Assembly: GCA_918272565.1 (NCBI GenBank)
Contig: CAKJYW010000012.1
Location: 12,162-76,161, forward strand
Reading direction: 5' to 3'
Source: Bacilli bacterium
GTDB lineage: Bacteria > Bacillota_I > Bacilli_A > ML615J-28 > CAG-698
DNA: 64,000 nucleotides
Shown: positions 9,053 through 19,604 of the stretch, one piece after another
Numbering within the stretch: position 1 is the first letter of the stretch
How the letters are laid out: each line of letters begins with the position of its first letter
Program-made: the position numbers and the translations under genes
Notes under the pieces: generated by a model
Seen by the model: the letters and a program-made list of their open reading frames with translations, nothing else
Told to the model about the DNA's origin: nothing
The model's database searches: none

Positions 9053-9544
9053 ATAAAGTCATCATATTGGGTGCTAGTGGCGTAGGAAAGAGCTATTTTT
9101 CTAAAAGGTTAGCTAGTTTAACAAATCTTCCTTTGTTTCACTTAGATAATATTTGGTGGAAGGAAGATAAAACTCATATTGAAAGAAGCGAGTTTGACGA
9201 AAAACTAGATGAGATTTTAAATAAAGATAAATGGATAATTGATGGTGATTATTCTAGAACTTATGTAGTTAGAATGGAAAAAGCTGATACTATTATTTTT
9301 CTTGATTTTCCTTTAGAAGAAGCACTTAAAGGTGCAAAGAGAGAGAATAGGAAAACAAAGAAGTGATATACCATGGCAAGAAAGTGAATTTGATCCTGAA
9401 TTTGGAGAGTGGATTGTTAATTGGTATAAAGAAAAAAAGCCTATTCTATTAGAGCAATTAGATAAATATAAGAAAACAAAAGATGTAATTGTTTTTAAAA
9501 CAAGAAAAGAAATAGATGAATATTTTAAAAACTTAAATCTCTAA
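9049..9544 (+). pseudogene. topology-modulation-like P-loop kinase (FlaR/adenylate-kinase-like), split by a +1 frameshift near 9330
   Basis: ORF1 (P-loop GASGVGKS ... LDFPLEEALKG) stops at 9366. ORF2 in the +1 frame (RIGKQRSDIPWQESEFDPEFGEW...) continues the same family to 9544. The two ORFs overlap by 35 nt. Confidence 0.55.
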
Positions 9545-9561
9545 TTATTTAGAGATTTTTT
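9535..9561 (+). terminator. rho-independent terminator
   Basis: Perfect hairpin AAATCTCTAA-TTAT-TTAGAGATTT followed by a T run. Confidence 0.7.
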
Positions 9562-9624
9562 GTTTACTTTGAATTAAATTGGTGCTATAATAAGAAATGT
9601 AAGAAAAGTAAGAAAGGATGAAAT

Positions 9625-9843
9625 ATGAAAAAAGAAACGGAAAACAGGTTTATTGTTAGTGTTAAAGTGGGTCCTAAGGGACAGATTACTATTCCTAGTC
9701 AAGCTAGAAAAATGTTTGATATTAAAGAAGGCGATACTTTAATGGTTATGGGAGATAAGGAAAGAGGCCTTGCACTATTAAAAGATGATGCTTTTTATGA
9801 ACTGATGGGAGGTTTATATAATGATAGCAATAAGAACAAATAA
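9625..9843 (+). CDS. AbrB/MazE/SpoVT-family DNA-binding protein
   Basis: 72 aa; VGPKGQITIPSQARKMFDIKEGDTLMV swapped-hairpin beta-barrel signature; overlaps the downstream ABC ATPase gene. Confidence 0.7.
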   Translation: MKKETENRFIVSVKVGPKGQITIPSQARKMFDIKEGDTLMVMGDKERGLALLKDDAFYELMGGLYNDSNKNK

Positions 9844-10555
9844 TTTAAGAAAAGAATATAAAGATGTTGTGGCAGTGAAGGGACTTAATCTAGAGATCAT
9901 GGAAGGTGAACTTTTCTCTTTACTTGGAGTTAACGGAGCAGGTAAAACCACAACAATCAAAATGTTAGCTACTCTCTCTAAACCTACAAGTGGAGAAGCT
10001 TATATTTATGATTATAATGTTGAAGATGATCAAGATAAAATAAAAGAACTAATTGATATTTCCATGCAAGAAACAGCGATTGCTCGTAAACTTACAGTTG
10101 AAGAAAACATCGAATTTTATGCAAAATTATCAGGTCAAAGTGATGAAGAGATAAAAGAAACTAAAAATTATGTCTATAATGCTTTTGAACTTGATAAAGT
10201 AGCTAAGAAGCAAGCATCAAAGTTATCTGGTGGATGGCAAAGGAAGTTATCTATTGCTCTAGCTTTAGTTACTAAACCTAAGATTTTGTTTTTAGATGAG
10301 CCTACTTTAGGGCTTGATGTAATTGCTAGACGTGAGCTTTGGAAAACAATTAGGGATCTTAAGGACAAGATGACAATAATACTAACAACTCACTATATGG
10401 AAGAAGCAGAAGCTCTTTCTGATAGAATTGGTATTATGAAAGACGGAGAGCTTTTGTTTGTTGGAACAAAGGAAGAATTATATGCTAAAACAAACAAGCA
10501 AAATGTGGAAGAAGCATTTATTAATATTGTTTCTGGAGGTGATTTAGATGAATAA
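9821..10555 (+). CDS. ABC transporter ATP-binding protein
   Basis: Walker A GVNGAGKTT, signature LSGGWQRKL, Walker B ILFLDEPT. Confidence 0.85.
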   Translation: MIAIRTNNLRKEYKDVVAVKGLNLEIMEGELFSLLGVNGAGKTTTIKMLATLSKPTSGEAYIYDYNVEDDQDKIKELIDISMQETAIARKLTVEENIEFYAKLSGQSDEEIKETKNYVYNAFELDKVAKKQASKLSGGWQRKLSIALALVTKPKILFLDEPTLGLDVIARRELWKTIRDLKDKMTIILTTHYMEEAEALSDRIGIMKDGELLFVGTKEELYAKTNKQNVEEAFINIVSGGDLDE

Positions 10556-11300
10556 GTCAATTTCTAGAATATTTACATTAACTAAAAGAAATCTAAAAGA
10601 GATTATTAGAGATCCTCTTTCTTTGATTTTTACTATTCTACTTCCTTTATTTATGGAAATATTATTCTATTTAATATTCCATGAAATGACAGCGCAATTT
10701 GAGATGAAGTACCTTGCTCCTGGAATTGTCGTCTTCTCTCAAAGTTTCTTAACATTGTTTACTGGTTTAATTATATCAGTTGATAGAAACACATCATTTC
10801 TAACTAGATTATACGTATCTAAAACAAAATCATATGAATTTATCTTTGGATATATTCTATCTGTAATTCCAATTGCTTTAGTTCAATCAGTTTTATTCTT
10901 CCTAGTTGGTGGAATATTTGATGCATCTATTTTTGGACTAGGAATGGTATTAGCAATTTTGCTTAGTTTAGTATCATCTTTGTTTTTTATTGGGGTAGGA
11001 ATCTTGTTTGGTTCTATATGCAATGAAAAATCAATTGGTGGCGTTTCTTCAATTATTATCACTGGTCAATCAGTGTTAAGTGGAATGTGGTTTCCAACTG
11101 AAGGATTAAATCAAGGGATGATTACTTTGATGAAGGTTTTGCCATTTAAGAATGCAACCGACTTAATGCAAAACATGATTGTAGGTATTGATGATGTATT
11201 CAAAGATTTCCTTTTACCATTAATAATAGTACTTGCTTATAGTGTTGTTATAATAATTATTGCAATACTTGCTTTTAGAAGTAAGATGAAAGAAAAATAG
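10548..11300 (+). CDS. ABC-2 family transporter permease
   Basis: 250 aa; six predicted TM segments; 8-nt overlap with the ATPase gene. Confidence 0.8.
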   Translation: MNKSISRIFTLTKRNLKEIIRDPLSLIFTILLPLFMEILFYLIFHEMTAQFEMKYLAPGIVVFSQSFLTLFTGLIISVDRNTSFLTRLYVSKTKSYEFIFGYILSVIPIALVQSVLFFLVGGIFDASIFGLGMVLAILLSLVSSLFFIGVGILFGSICNEKSIGGVSSIIITGQSVLSGMWFPTEGLNQGMITLMKVLPFKNATDLMQNMIVGIDDVFKDFLLPLIIVLAYSVVIIIIAILAFRSKMKEK

Positions 11301-11393
11301 AATTAATAGGGTGAGAAAGCTCTCGAGCTTATAAACACCCTATTTTTTATAATTCCTTTATGATATAATTATTAAAAATAAGGAGAGAAAGAT

Positions 11394-12386
11394 ATGAGAA
11401 AGGTAATAAATATAGTTTCTTTTGTATCTAACTTAATAGTATTACTTATTGAGATATTTGCCTTAGTTTCAATAAGCGTTAGTTTTTCAAAAGCTAACAT
11501 TGTTGAAACAAGCGACTGGTATCAAATTAGTATACATGGCTTTGTTGGGGCTATTTCATTAATGTTTATTATCATTTTGATTGGTTTTGTTGTATTTACT
11601 ATTATTTCTTTAATTAAGCATAATCGTAAATCATCAAAGGGATTAAATATAATAAGCGGAGCACTATTTTTCAATATTTCATTACCTTTTGTTTTTGCAG
11701 GAGGAGACTTGCCTTTCTATTTTGCTTTAGTCTTTGCTTATTCTTTGTGTAATCTTGTACTCCAAATTGTAAGATGTATTGTTTTAAAAAATGATAATGT
11801 CGTTAAATTATATTTATATGATGTAACTAATATGGATGATGATATAAGTGAAGTTCCCCTTGTAACAAGTAGCGATATGAGTGAAGCAAGAAAATACAAA
11901 CAAATAAACGATCAAAAGCTACATATTGCTTCATCCTACCTAAAAAGAAAATACATTAAGGAATATTCAATAAGCGATAGCGGAAAACCTATATCAAAAA
12001 ACTGCTTCTTTAATGTTTCTCATAGTGGATCTTTAGTTATTATGGGAGTGAGTAAGTTAAATGATATAGGAGTAGATACTGAAGTAATCGAAAAGAAGGA
12101 CCTAAATGATTTAATCGACTATGTTTGTTCTAAAGAGGAAAAAGATAGTATCAAAACTACAGAAGACTTTTACAAAGTGTGGGTTTCTAAAGAAAGCCTT
12201 GTGAAGTGTGTTGGTCTTGGAATAAAAAAAGACATGAAAGATGTTTTAGCTTTACCACTTGATGGGGCAAAAGAATATGAAGGTATTAATTATTATAGTC
12301 ATTTAATTGAATATAATGATTATTTCATATCTATTACACTAAAGGGCAAGGAAGATTTTAAGATAGAAATAGAGAAAGAGAGATAA
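11394..12386 (+). CDS. Sfp-type 4'-phosphopantetheinyl transferase fused to an N-terminal ~130-aa four-helix membrane domain
   Basis: C-terminal half carries the PPTase motifs GKPISKNCFFNVSHSG, GVDTE and WVSKESLVKCVG. The N-terminus is strongly hydrophobic (4 TM). Confidence 0.7.
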   Translation: MRKVINIVSFVSNLIVLLIEIFALVSISVSFSKANIVETSDWYQISIHGFVGAISLMFIIILIGFVVFTIISLIKHNRKSSKGLNIISGALFFNISLPFVFAGGDLPFYFALVFAYSLCNLVLQIVRCIVLKNDNVVKLYLYDVTNMDDDISEVPLVTSSDMSEARKYKQINDQKLHIASSYLKRKYIKEYSISDSGKPISKNCFFNVSHSGSLVIMGVSKLNDIGVDTEVIEKKDLNDLIDYVCSKEEKDSIKTTEDFYKVWVSKESLVKCVGLGIKKDMKDVLALPLDGAKEYEGINYYSHLIEYNDYFISITLKGKEDFKIEIEKER

Positions 12387-12388
12387 TT

Positions 12389-13102
12389 ATGGATAAAATA
12401 AGTAAAGATGTAATTGAGTTTTGGAATAATGCTATTAAGCTAGAAGAAGACGATAAAAAAGAAATAGAAAATAGTGGTGATAAAGATTACACCAAACTTG
12501 CTCCATCATTAAAACTATATGAAGCAGTTAAAGAACTTGGAAAGTGCGAGAAAGTTTTAGATTATGGATGTGGCAGTGGATGGAGTAGCATTATTGCTCT
12601 AAAAGAAGGAGCAAAAGAAGTTGATGCAGTTGATATGGGTGATAATATCATCGACGCTATTAATTTCTATGCTAAATATTATGGAGTAGCAAGCAGCCTA
12701 AATGCTAAGAAAATAGATAGTGATTATCTAAAAAGTGTTAAAGATGCAACATATGATGGAATTATTATTAATAATGTTTTAGATGTTATTCCTCTTGATA
12801 TTACTTTAGACATTTTAAATGAAGTTAGTAGAGTAGCAAAAAAAGGAGCAAGAATAATAATTGGCCTAAATTTCTATATGCCGCAAGAGGTCGCAAAAAC
12901 AAGAGGCTTAGAGTTAGTCGATGGTAGGATGCTATTTGTTGATGGAGTTTTAAGGCTATATAGTATGAGTGATAGTGAATGGACGGAATTATTAACAAAA
13001 TATTTTGAAATTGAAAGATTGGACCATTTTGCATGGGAAGGCGAAAGTAGAGAAACTAGAAGGTTATTCGTTTTAAAGAAAACAGTTTCAAGTACTAAAT
13101 AA
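12389..13102 (+). CDS. class I SAM-dependent methyltransferase (PrmA-like)
   Basis: VLDYGCGSGWSSIIALKEGAKEVDAVD motif I / post-I, as in ribosomal protein L11 methyltransferases; start is 3 nt after the PPTase stop. Confidence 0.7.
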   Translation: MDKISKDVIEFWNNAIKLEEDDKKEIENSGDKDYTKLAPSLKLYEAVKELGKCEKVLDYGCGSGWSSIIALKEGAKEVDAVDMGDNIIDAINFYAKYYGVASSLNAKKIDSDYLKSVKDATYDGIIINNVLDVIPLDITLDILNEVSRVAKKGARIIIGLNFYMPQEVAKTRGLELVDGRMLFVDGVLRLYSMSDSEWTELLTKYFEIERLDHFAWEGESRETRRLFVLKKTVSSTK

Positions 13103-13142
13103 AAAATAAAGTGGTATAATAGCCTTCAGACGAGGTGAATTT

Positions 13143-13949
13143 ATGAAAAAATTAATAATTTTTATAGTAGGTGTTTTTATGTTATTTACATTCAGTGGAT
13201 GTACTTCATATATTTCAGTTGGTAAATATAGTGATAGTGATAAATATTTAGTTGGTAATCAAGAATATAGTGGAGATTTAGTTGAACTAGATATCGACTG
13301 GGTTAGTGGAACTGTTAGGCTTATTGAAGATAGTAGTGCTAATGCAATTACATTAGCTGAAGAGACTGATTATGAAGCAGAAGAACTAAAGGTTCGTTCT
13401 TTATTTGAAGATGGTAAGTTACTAATTAAGTTTGGTGAATCTGGTTATCGAGGAAAAGTTGGATTTGGGCAAAGAAAAGAACTAGAAATTAGATATAAGG
13501 ATGTATCCAAAATCAAAGTACACCTAACAAGTGGAAGTTTGAAAGCAGAAAGTGTAACATGTGATGTTATAGATTTAGATATGACTAGTGGGGAAGTAGT
13601 TATTAGTAAATTATCATGCGATAGTGCAGAAATCGATTTAACAAGCGGAAGTGTAAAAATTGATGAACTTGTTTGTAATAACCTAGACTGTGATATGACT
13701 TCAGGAAAATGTGTTATAAGTGTTAAGACCTTAAAAGAAGGTTCATTTGATATGACTAGTGGAAGAGTAACACTTACAATTCCTTCTACCTTCGCTACAT
13801 TAGTTAAGTTCGCTAAGACTACAGGACGCTTAAAAACTGATAAGACTTTCACTAGAGTAGGAAACGAATACACATTTGGTGAACTTGGTAGTGAAGTAGA
13901 AAGTAACATAAAAGTTAATATTACTTCAGGAACATTTGAAATTAAATAA
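13143..13949 (+). CDS. DUF4097-family (LiaF-C-like beta-strand repeat) lipoprotein
   Basis: Signal peptide with lipobox FTFSGC; repeated TSG(S/E)V...I beta-strand units. Confidence 0.7.
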   Translation: MKKLIIFIVGVFMLFTFSGCTSYISVGKYSDSDKYLVGNQEYSGDLVELDIDWVSGTVRLIEDSSANAITLAEETDYEAEELKVRSLFEDGKLLIKFGESGYRGKVGFGQRKELEIRYKDVSKIKVHLTSGSLKAESVTCDVIDLDMTSGEVVISKLSCDSAEIDLTSGSVKIDELVCNNLDCDMTSGKCVISVKTLKEGSFDMTSGRVTLTIPSTFATLVKFAKTTGRLKTDKTFTRVGNEYTFGELGSEVESNIKVNITSGTFEIK

Positions 13950-13950
13950 A

Positions 13951-13980
13951 AATATGCCTCATATAGAGGCATTTTTTTAT
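13951..13980 (+). terminator. rho-independent terminator
   Basis: ATGCCTC-ATAT-AGAGGCAT followed by TTTTTTT. Confidence 0.75.
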
Positions 13981-14027
13981 TGTTAATTAAGGCTATTTAT
14001 TATAAAATAAATAATGTGGAGAGAATT

Positions 14028-15836
14028 ATGGATAAAAAGAAAAAAGTTAGTTTAATTATTTATTGTGTTATATTTACAATCATTAGTTTGTTATTAATGT
14101 TTTATTTGGACTTAGCTAATGGACCAATGTATTTGGTGTTTTTGGAAGTTGTTTTGCTTGGAGCAGCTTTATTCTATAGAATAATGATGAGAAAAGAAAG
14201 ATTCGGTGTTAGGATTTTAAGTATGGTGTTAATCATACTTATCAATATTCCTATTATTTATTTAGCTCATCCAAAGGTAGAGACTTTTATGCCAGAAGCA
14301 AAAATTGAAAAAACTGAAGCCTTGCATTTAGCAAATGGGGATATTGTTGGTACATATAATGAGGATAAGACTGTTAGAGTTTATGCTGGTATCCCTTACG
14401 CTCAGGCGCCTATTGGTAATCTAAGATTCAAAGAACCAGTTGATGTTAATAACTGGAGTGGAGTGCTTGATTGCACTAAATTTGCTCCTCGTGCTATGCA
14501 AAATGATACTTCTTCAGTAATAAATAGTGCAATTGATTTATATGCTATGGGTGGATGGCATCCAAACTACAAAATGGTTCCTTTACAAGATATGAGTGAA
14601 GACTGTTTGTATTTAAATATTTGGCGTCCTAACACAAGTGAAGAGAATCTGCCAATACTTGTTTACATCCATGGTGGATCTTTAACAACAGGGTCAAGTG
14701 CTTTTACTGATTATAGTGGTGAGACATATGCTAAAAATGGTGTAATAATGATTACTATATCTTATCGTCTTGGTGTGTTTGGTTATTTTGCTCATCCAAG
14801 TTTGATAGAAGAGTCTCCTAATAACACTACCGGTAATTATGGTCTACTTGACCAAATTAAAGCGTTAGAATGGATTAATAAAAACGCTAGTTATTTTGGT
14901 GGTGATAAGAATAATATTACGATTGCGGGGGAATCAGCTGGAAGTAGTTCAGTTTCAGCTATTTGCTCTTCACCTTTAGCAAAAGGTTTATTCCAAAAAG
15001 CAATCGGTGAATCATCCTCACTTGTAGTATCTACGCCACCTCATACTTATCGCACACTTGATAGTGCAATTAGAACTGGTGAAGCCATTATGCAAGAATT
15101 TGGCTGTTCAACAATCGATGAGTTAAGGCAAGTTAAAGCGAGTGATTTAGTTAAAACTGCGTATTCTAATTCATCTATGACTTTAGATGGATATGCTTTA
15201 GCTAAAAATCCATATGATGTATATAAAGACAAAGAAAATAACGAAATAGCTCTACTCAACGGATATAACGTTCTAGAAGCAGATGCTTTCGTTGTTCCAA
15301 CATTCCTTCTTTCTCCAACAAACTCATCCAACATTAAAGAGCGCCTAACTGCTTATTTTGATAGTGAAACAGCGGATAAGATTTATGATTTATATAAAGA
15401 TAGAATAGAAGAAGATGCATTTACTGCTTTTAATGAAATAATATCTGTATATTGGTTTATTGAGCCTCATCACTCTTGGAGTAATATGGCATATAATACT
15501 GGAGAAGATGTTTATAGATATCAATTTACTAAAGATAATGGATATTATGGAACATATCATAGTGGGGAATTAATCTACGCTTATGGTAATTTAGATAAGT
15601 CACTTCATAAGAGTGCTTATAACGAAAGCGATTATAAATTGCAAGACATTATGGTTAAATATTTCACTAACTTCATTAAAACAGGAGATCCTAATGGAGA
15701 AGGTCTTCCAAGATGGGAAAAATACACTCCAGGTGGAAGCGTTATGGAATTAGGAGATAATGTAGGTATGATTAAAGATAAATATTTAGACCTTTATCCT
15801 ATTATTGAAGAGTTTATTGAAAAGAACAAAAATTAA
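14028..15836 (+). CDS. carboxylesterase type B family protein with N-terminal membrane anchor
   Basis: GESAGS nucleophile elbow, oxyanion hole HGGS, EDCLYLNIW motif; three N-terminal TM helices. ATG 14028 with a GTGGAG RBS is preferred over the ORF-track start. Confidence 0.85.
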   Translation: MDKKKKVSLIIYCVIFTIISLLLMFYLDLANGPMYLVFLEVVLLGAALFYRIMMRKERFGVRILSMVLIILINIPIIYLAHPKVETFMPEAKIEKTEALHLANGDIVGTYNEDKTVRVYAGIPYAQAPIGNLRFKEPVDVNNWSGVLDCTKFAPRAMQNDTSSVINSAIDLYAMGGWHPNYKMVPLQDMSEDCLYLNIWRPNTSEENLPILVYIHGGSLTTGSSAFTDYSGETYAKNGVIMITISYRLGVFGYFAHPSLIEESPNNTTGNYGLLDQIKALEWINKNASYFGGDKNNITIAGESAGSSSVSAICSSPLAKGLFQKAIGESSSLVVSTPPHTYRTLDSAIRTGEAIMQEFGCSTIDELRQVKASDLVKTAYSNSSMTLDGYALAKNPYDVYKDKENNEIALLNGYNVLEADAFVVPTFLLSPTNSSNIKERLTAYFDSETADKIYDLYKDRIEEDAFTAFNEIISVYWFIEPHHSWSNMAYNTGEDVYRYQFTKDNGYYGTYHSGELIYAYGNLDKSLHKSAYNESDYKLQDIMVKYFTNFIKTGDPNGEGLPRWEKYTPGGSVMELGDNVGMIKDKYLDLYPIIEEFIEKNKN

Positions 15837-15961
15837 AAGATAAGCATGGCTAAAATGAAATTAGAAGTATTTCACTATAGTCATGCTCTTTTTTAAATTT
15901 ATCTATCATTTTTAATTGAATAATAGTATTATATATATGATTATAGAAAGGAAGTCTTAAG

Positions 15962-16546
15962 ATGAAAAAGAAAGTGGTTTTAGAAATAGCAATAATCGGT
16001 ATTATGGCAGCCCTTGCTATTGTTTTAGAGAAGTTTAGTTTCCCTAAAGGCAATAGCTATTTGAAATTCACTTTTTATGGACTTCCACTACTTGTTGTTG
16101 GGTGCATGTATGGAGCTAGAGTTGGCCTAATTACAGGAATTGTGTCAAGCTTTATAATGCAACTAACAAGTGAATATGGTTTAACTATTACAACTCCTTT
16201 ATGGATGATTGCTCCTATTTGTTGGGGAGGAGTATCTGGACTAGTATTCTATTTATTAAAAAGGAAAAATAATATTCCAAATATGATTATAGTATCTTTC
16301 GTAACATCCATCTTGGCTACCATTTTTAATACTGTCGCAATGATTTTAGAAGGTTTAATCTTCGGTGGTAGTTATTACGCTTTATCTAATATTTTAGCTA
16401 ATCTTCCTCCAAGATTAATATCAATGGTAATACTTGCTATATGTTATACCTTTATCCTTTGGATTTTGATTAAACGTTTATCGTTCTTAACGCCTGATGC
16501 TTCTATTAATGAAGAAACTGACGAAAGCGATGAAGAAGCATTATAG
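15962..16546 (+). CDS. ECF transporter S component (substrate unknown)
   Basis: 194 aa, 6 TM, small integral membrane protein with an acidic tail; resembles ECF S components. Confidence 0.5.
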   Translation: MKKKVVLEIAIIGIMAALAIVLEKFSFPKGNSYLKFTFYGLPLLVVGCMYGARVGLITGIVSSFIMQLTSEYGLTITTPLWMIAPICWGGVSGLVFYLLKRKNNIPNMIIVSFVTSILATIFNTVAMILEGLIFGGSYYALSNILANLPPRLISMVILAICYTFILWILIKRLSFLTPDASINEETDESDEEAL

Positions 16547-16601
16547 TTGAAAAAAGAGGCTAAAAAGAGTATAATACTAAAGGAAAAAAGAGGTAAAGAG
16601 T

Positions 16602-18116
16602 ATGAAAAAAGATTTTGTTTTATTATGTATTATGGATGGATATGGAATTAGTTCCAACGTTCCAGGAAATGCAATCCTTGCAGCAAAGAAACCAAATTTA
16701 GATAAACTATTTGCTGAATATCCTAACACAATCTTAGGGGCAAGTGGTGAAGATGTTGGTTTACCTGAAGGTCAAATGGGTAATAGTGAAGTTGGTCATG
16801 CTAATATTGGAGCAGGTCGTATCGTTTATCAATCATTAACTAGAGTTAATATTGCGGTTAGAAATGATACACTAATGGAAATGAATGCTATTAAAAAAGC
16901 TGTTGACCATGCTTTGAAAAACAATTCTAAACTTCATATTATGGGTCTACTTAGTGATGGTGGAGTTCACTCTCACATCAATCACATCCTTTATATGTTA
17001 GAAAAAGGTGTTAAAGCTGGTATTAAAGAAGTTGTTGTTCATGCATTCTTAGATGGACGTGATGTACCTCCTAAATCTGCTCTAACTTATTTAGATGCTT
17101 TACAAGCAAAAATCGATGAAGTTGGACACTCTAAGATGGGTGTAGTTAGTGGTAGATACTACGCTATGGATAGAGATAAAAACTGGAATCGTACACAACT
17201 TGCTTATGATGCTTTAGTTTATAACAAGGCTCCACTTAAGAATTATCGTGATGGAATCAATGAGTCTTATAAAAATGAAGTAACAGATGAATTTGTTGTT
17301 CCATTTATTGCAAACACTGATACAAATATCAATGATGGAGATAGCGTAATCTTTGCTAATTTCCGTCCTGATAGAGCAATCCAAATGTCTAAAGCTCTAA
17401 CTAATTTACCAACAACAGGCATCACAAATGGTCATGAATTTAAAGATTTAGATTACGTATGTATGATGCTTTATAGTGAAGATGTAAAAGGCGATATCGT
17501 ATTTGGTTTACAAGAATTAAATAATACATTTGGTGACTATATGGCGTCACTTGGTAAAAAGCAACTAAGGATTGCTGAAACTGAAAAATATGCTCACGTT
17601 ACATTCTTCTTCGATGGTGGTGTTGATAAAGAAGTTGAGGGAGAAGATAGAATCTTAGTTAATTCTCCTAAAGTAGCTACATACGATCTTAAGCCTGAAA
17701 TGAGCGCTTATGAAGTATGTGATAAGGTTGTAGCTGCCGTAAAAAGCGAAAAATATGACACAGTTATTTTGAATTTTGCTAACTGTGATATGGTTGGTCA
17801 CACAACTGTATTTGATGCAACTGTTAAAGCAGTTGAAGTTGTTGATGAATGCGTTGGAAAAGTATACGAAGCAGTAAGTTCAATTGGTGGCGTTATGGTA
17901 ATAATTGCTGACCACGGAAATGCTGATAAGTTACTTGATGAAGAAGGTAGACCATTCTCTGCTCATTCAACAAACCCTGTTCCTTGTATCGTTACTAAGA
18001 AGGGCTTGAAGTTAAGAAGTGGTGGTAATCTAGGTGATGTTGTACCTACAATGTTAGAACTTATGCACTTAGATCAACCTAAAGAGATGACAGGAAAAAC
18101 TTTAATTATTAAATAA
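16602..18116 (+). CDS. gpmI: 2,3-bisphosphoglycerate-independent phosphoglycerate mutase
   Basis: 504 aa; Ser nucleophile motif GNSEVGH; ANCDMVGHT and ADHGN metal-binding motifs. Confidence 0.9.
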   Translation: MKKDFVLLCIMDGYGISSNVPGNAILAAKKPNLDKLFAEYPNTILGASGEDVGLPEGQMGNSEVGHANIGAGRIVYQSLTRVNIAVRNDTLMEMNAIKKAVDHALKNNSKLHIMGLLSDGGVHSHINHILYMLEKGVKAGIKEVVVHAFLDGRDVPPKSALTYLDALQAKIDEVGHSKMGVVSGRYYAMDRDKNWNRTQLAYDALVYNKAPLKNYRDGINESYKNEVTDEFVVPFIANTDTNINDGDSVIFANFRPDRAIQMSKALTNLPTTGITNGHEFKDLDYVCMMLYSEDVKGDIVFGLQELNNTFGDYMASLGKKQLRIAETEKYAHVTFFFDGGVDKEVEGEDRILVNSPKVATYDLKPEMSAYEVCDKVVAAVKSEKYDTVILNFANCDMVGHTTVFDATVKAVEVVDECVGKVYEAVSSIGGVMVIIADHGNADKLLDEEGRPFSAHSTNPVPCIVTKKGLKLRSGGNLGDVVPTMLELMHLDQPKEMTGKTLIIK

Positions 18117-19421
<1,305 letters not shown>

Positions 19422-19430
19422 AATGGTTTA

Positions 19431-19513
19431 GGGGCTATGGCGGAATTGGTAGACGCGTTACTTTCAGACGGTAATGTTTTAACGTGTGAGTTCGAATCTC
19501 ATTAGCCCCACCA
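19431..19513 (+). tRNA. tRNA-Leu (anticodon CAG)
   Basis: Acceptor GGGGCTA/TAGCCCC, anticodon stem TTACT/GGTAA with loop TTCAGAC, extra arm, T-loop TTCGAAT, discriminator A plus encoded CCA. Confidence 0.8.
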
Positions 19514-19604
19514 TATATTTAAAACGATGGTGATATGTTTTTCTTATCACTTTTTTGTTACAATATTTATAAACTATAGATATTGATTATTGAAAGGAGC
19601 ATAT

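Noticed and set aside
13445-13972. Long antisense ORFs inside DUF4097 genes (13445-13972, 21697-22278) and inside the permease/lipoprotein genes (28113-28475, 28758-29093, 32048-32473)
   Set aside because: Artefacts of repeat-rich, low-complexity coding sequence on the opposite strand. They have no RBS and are S/T/P/L-rich products with no domain signatures.
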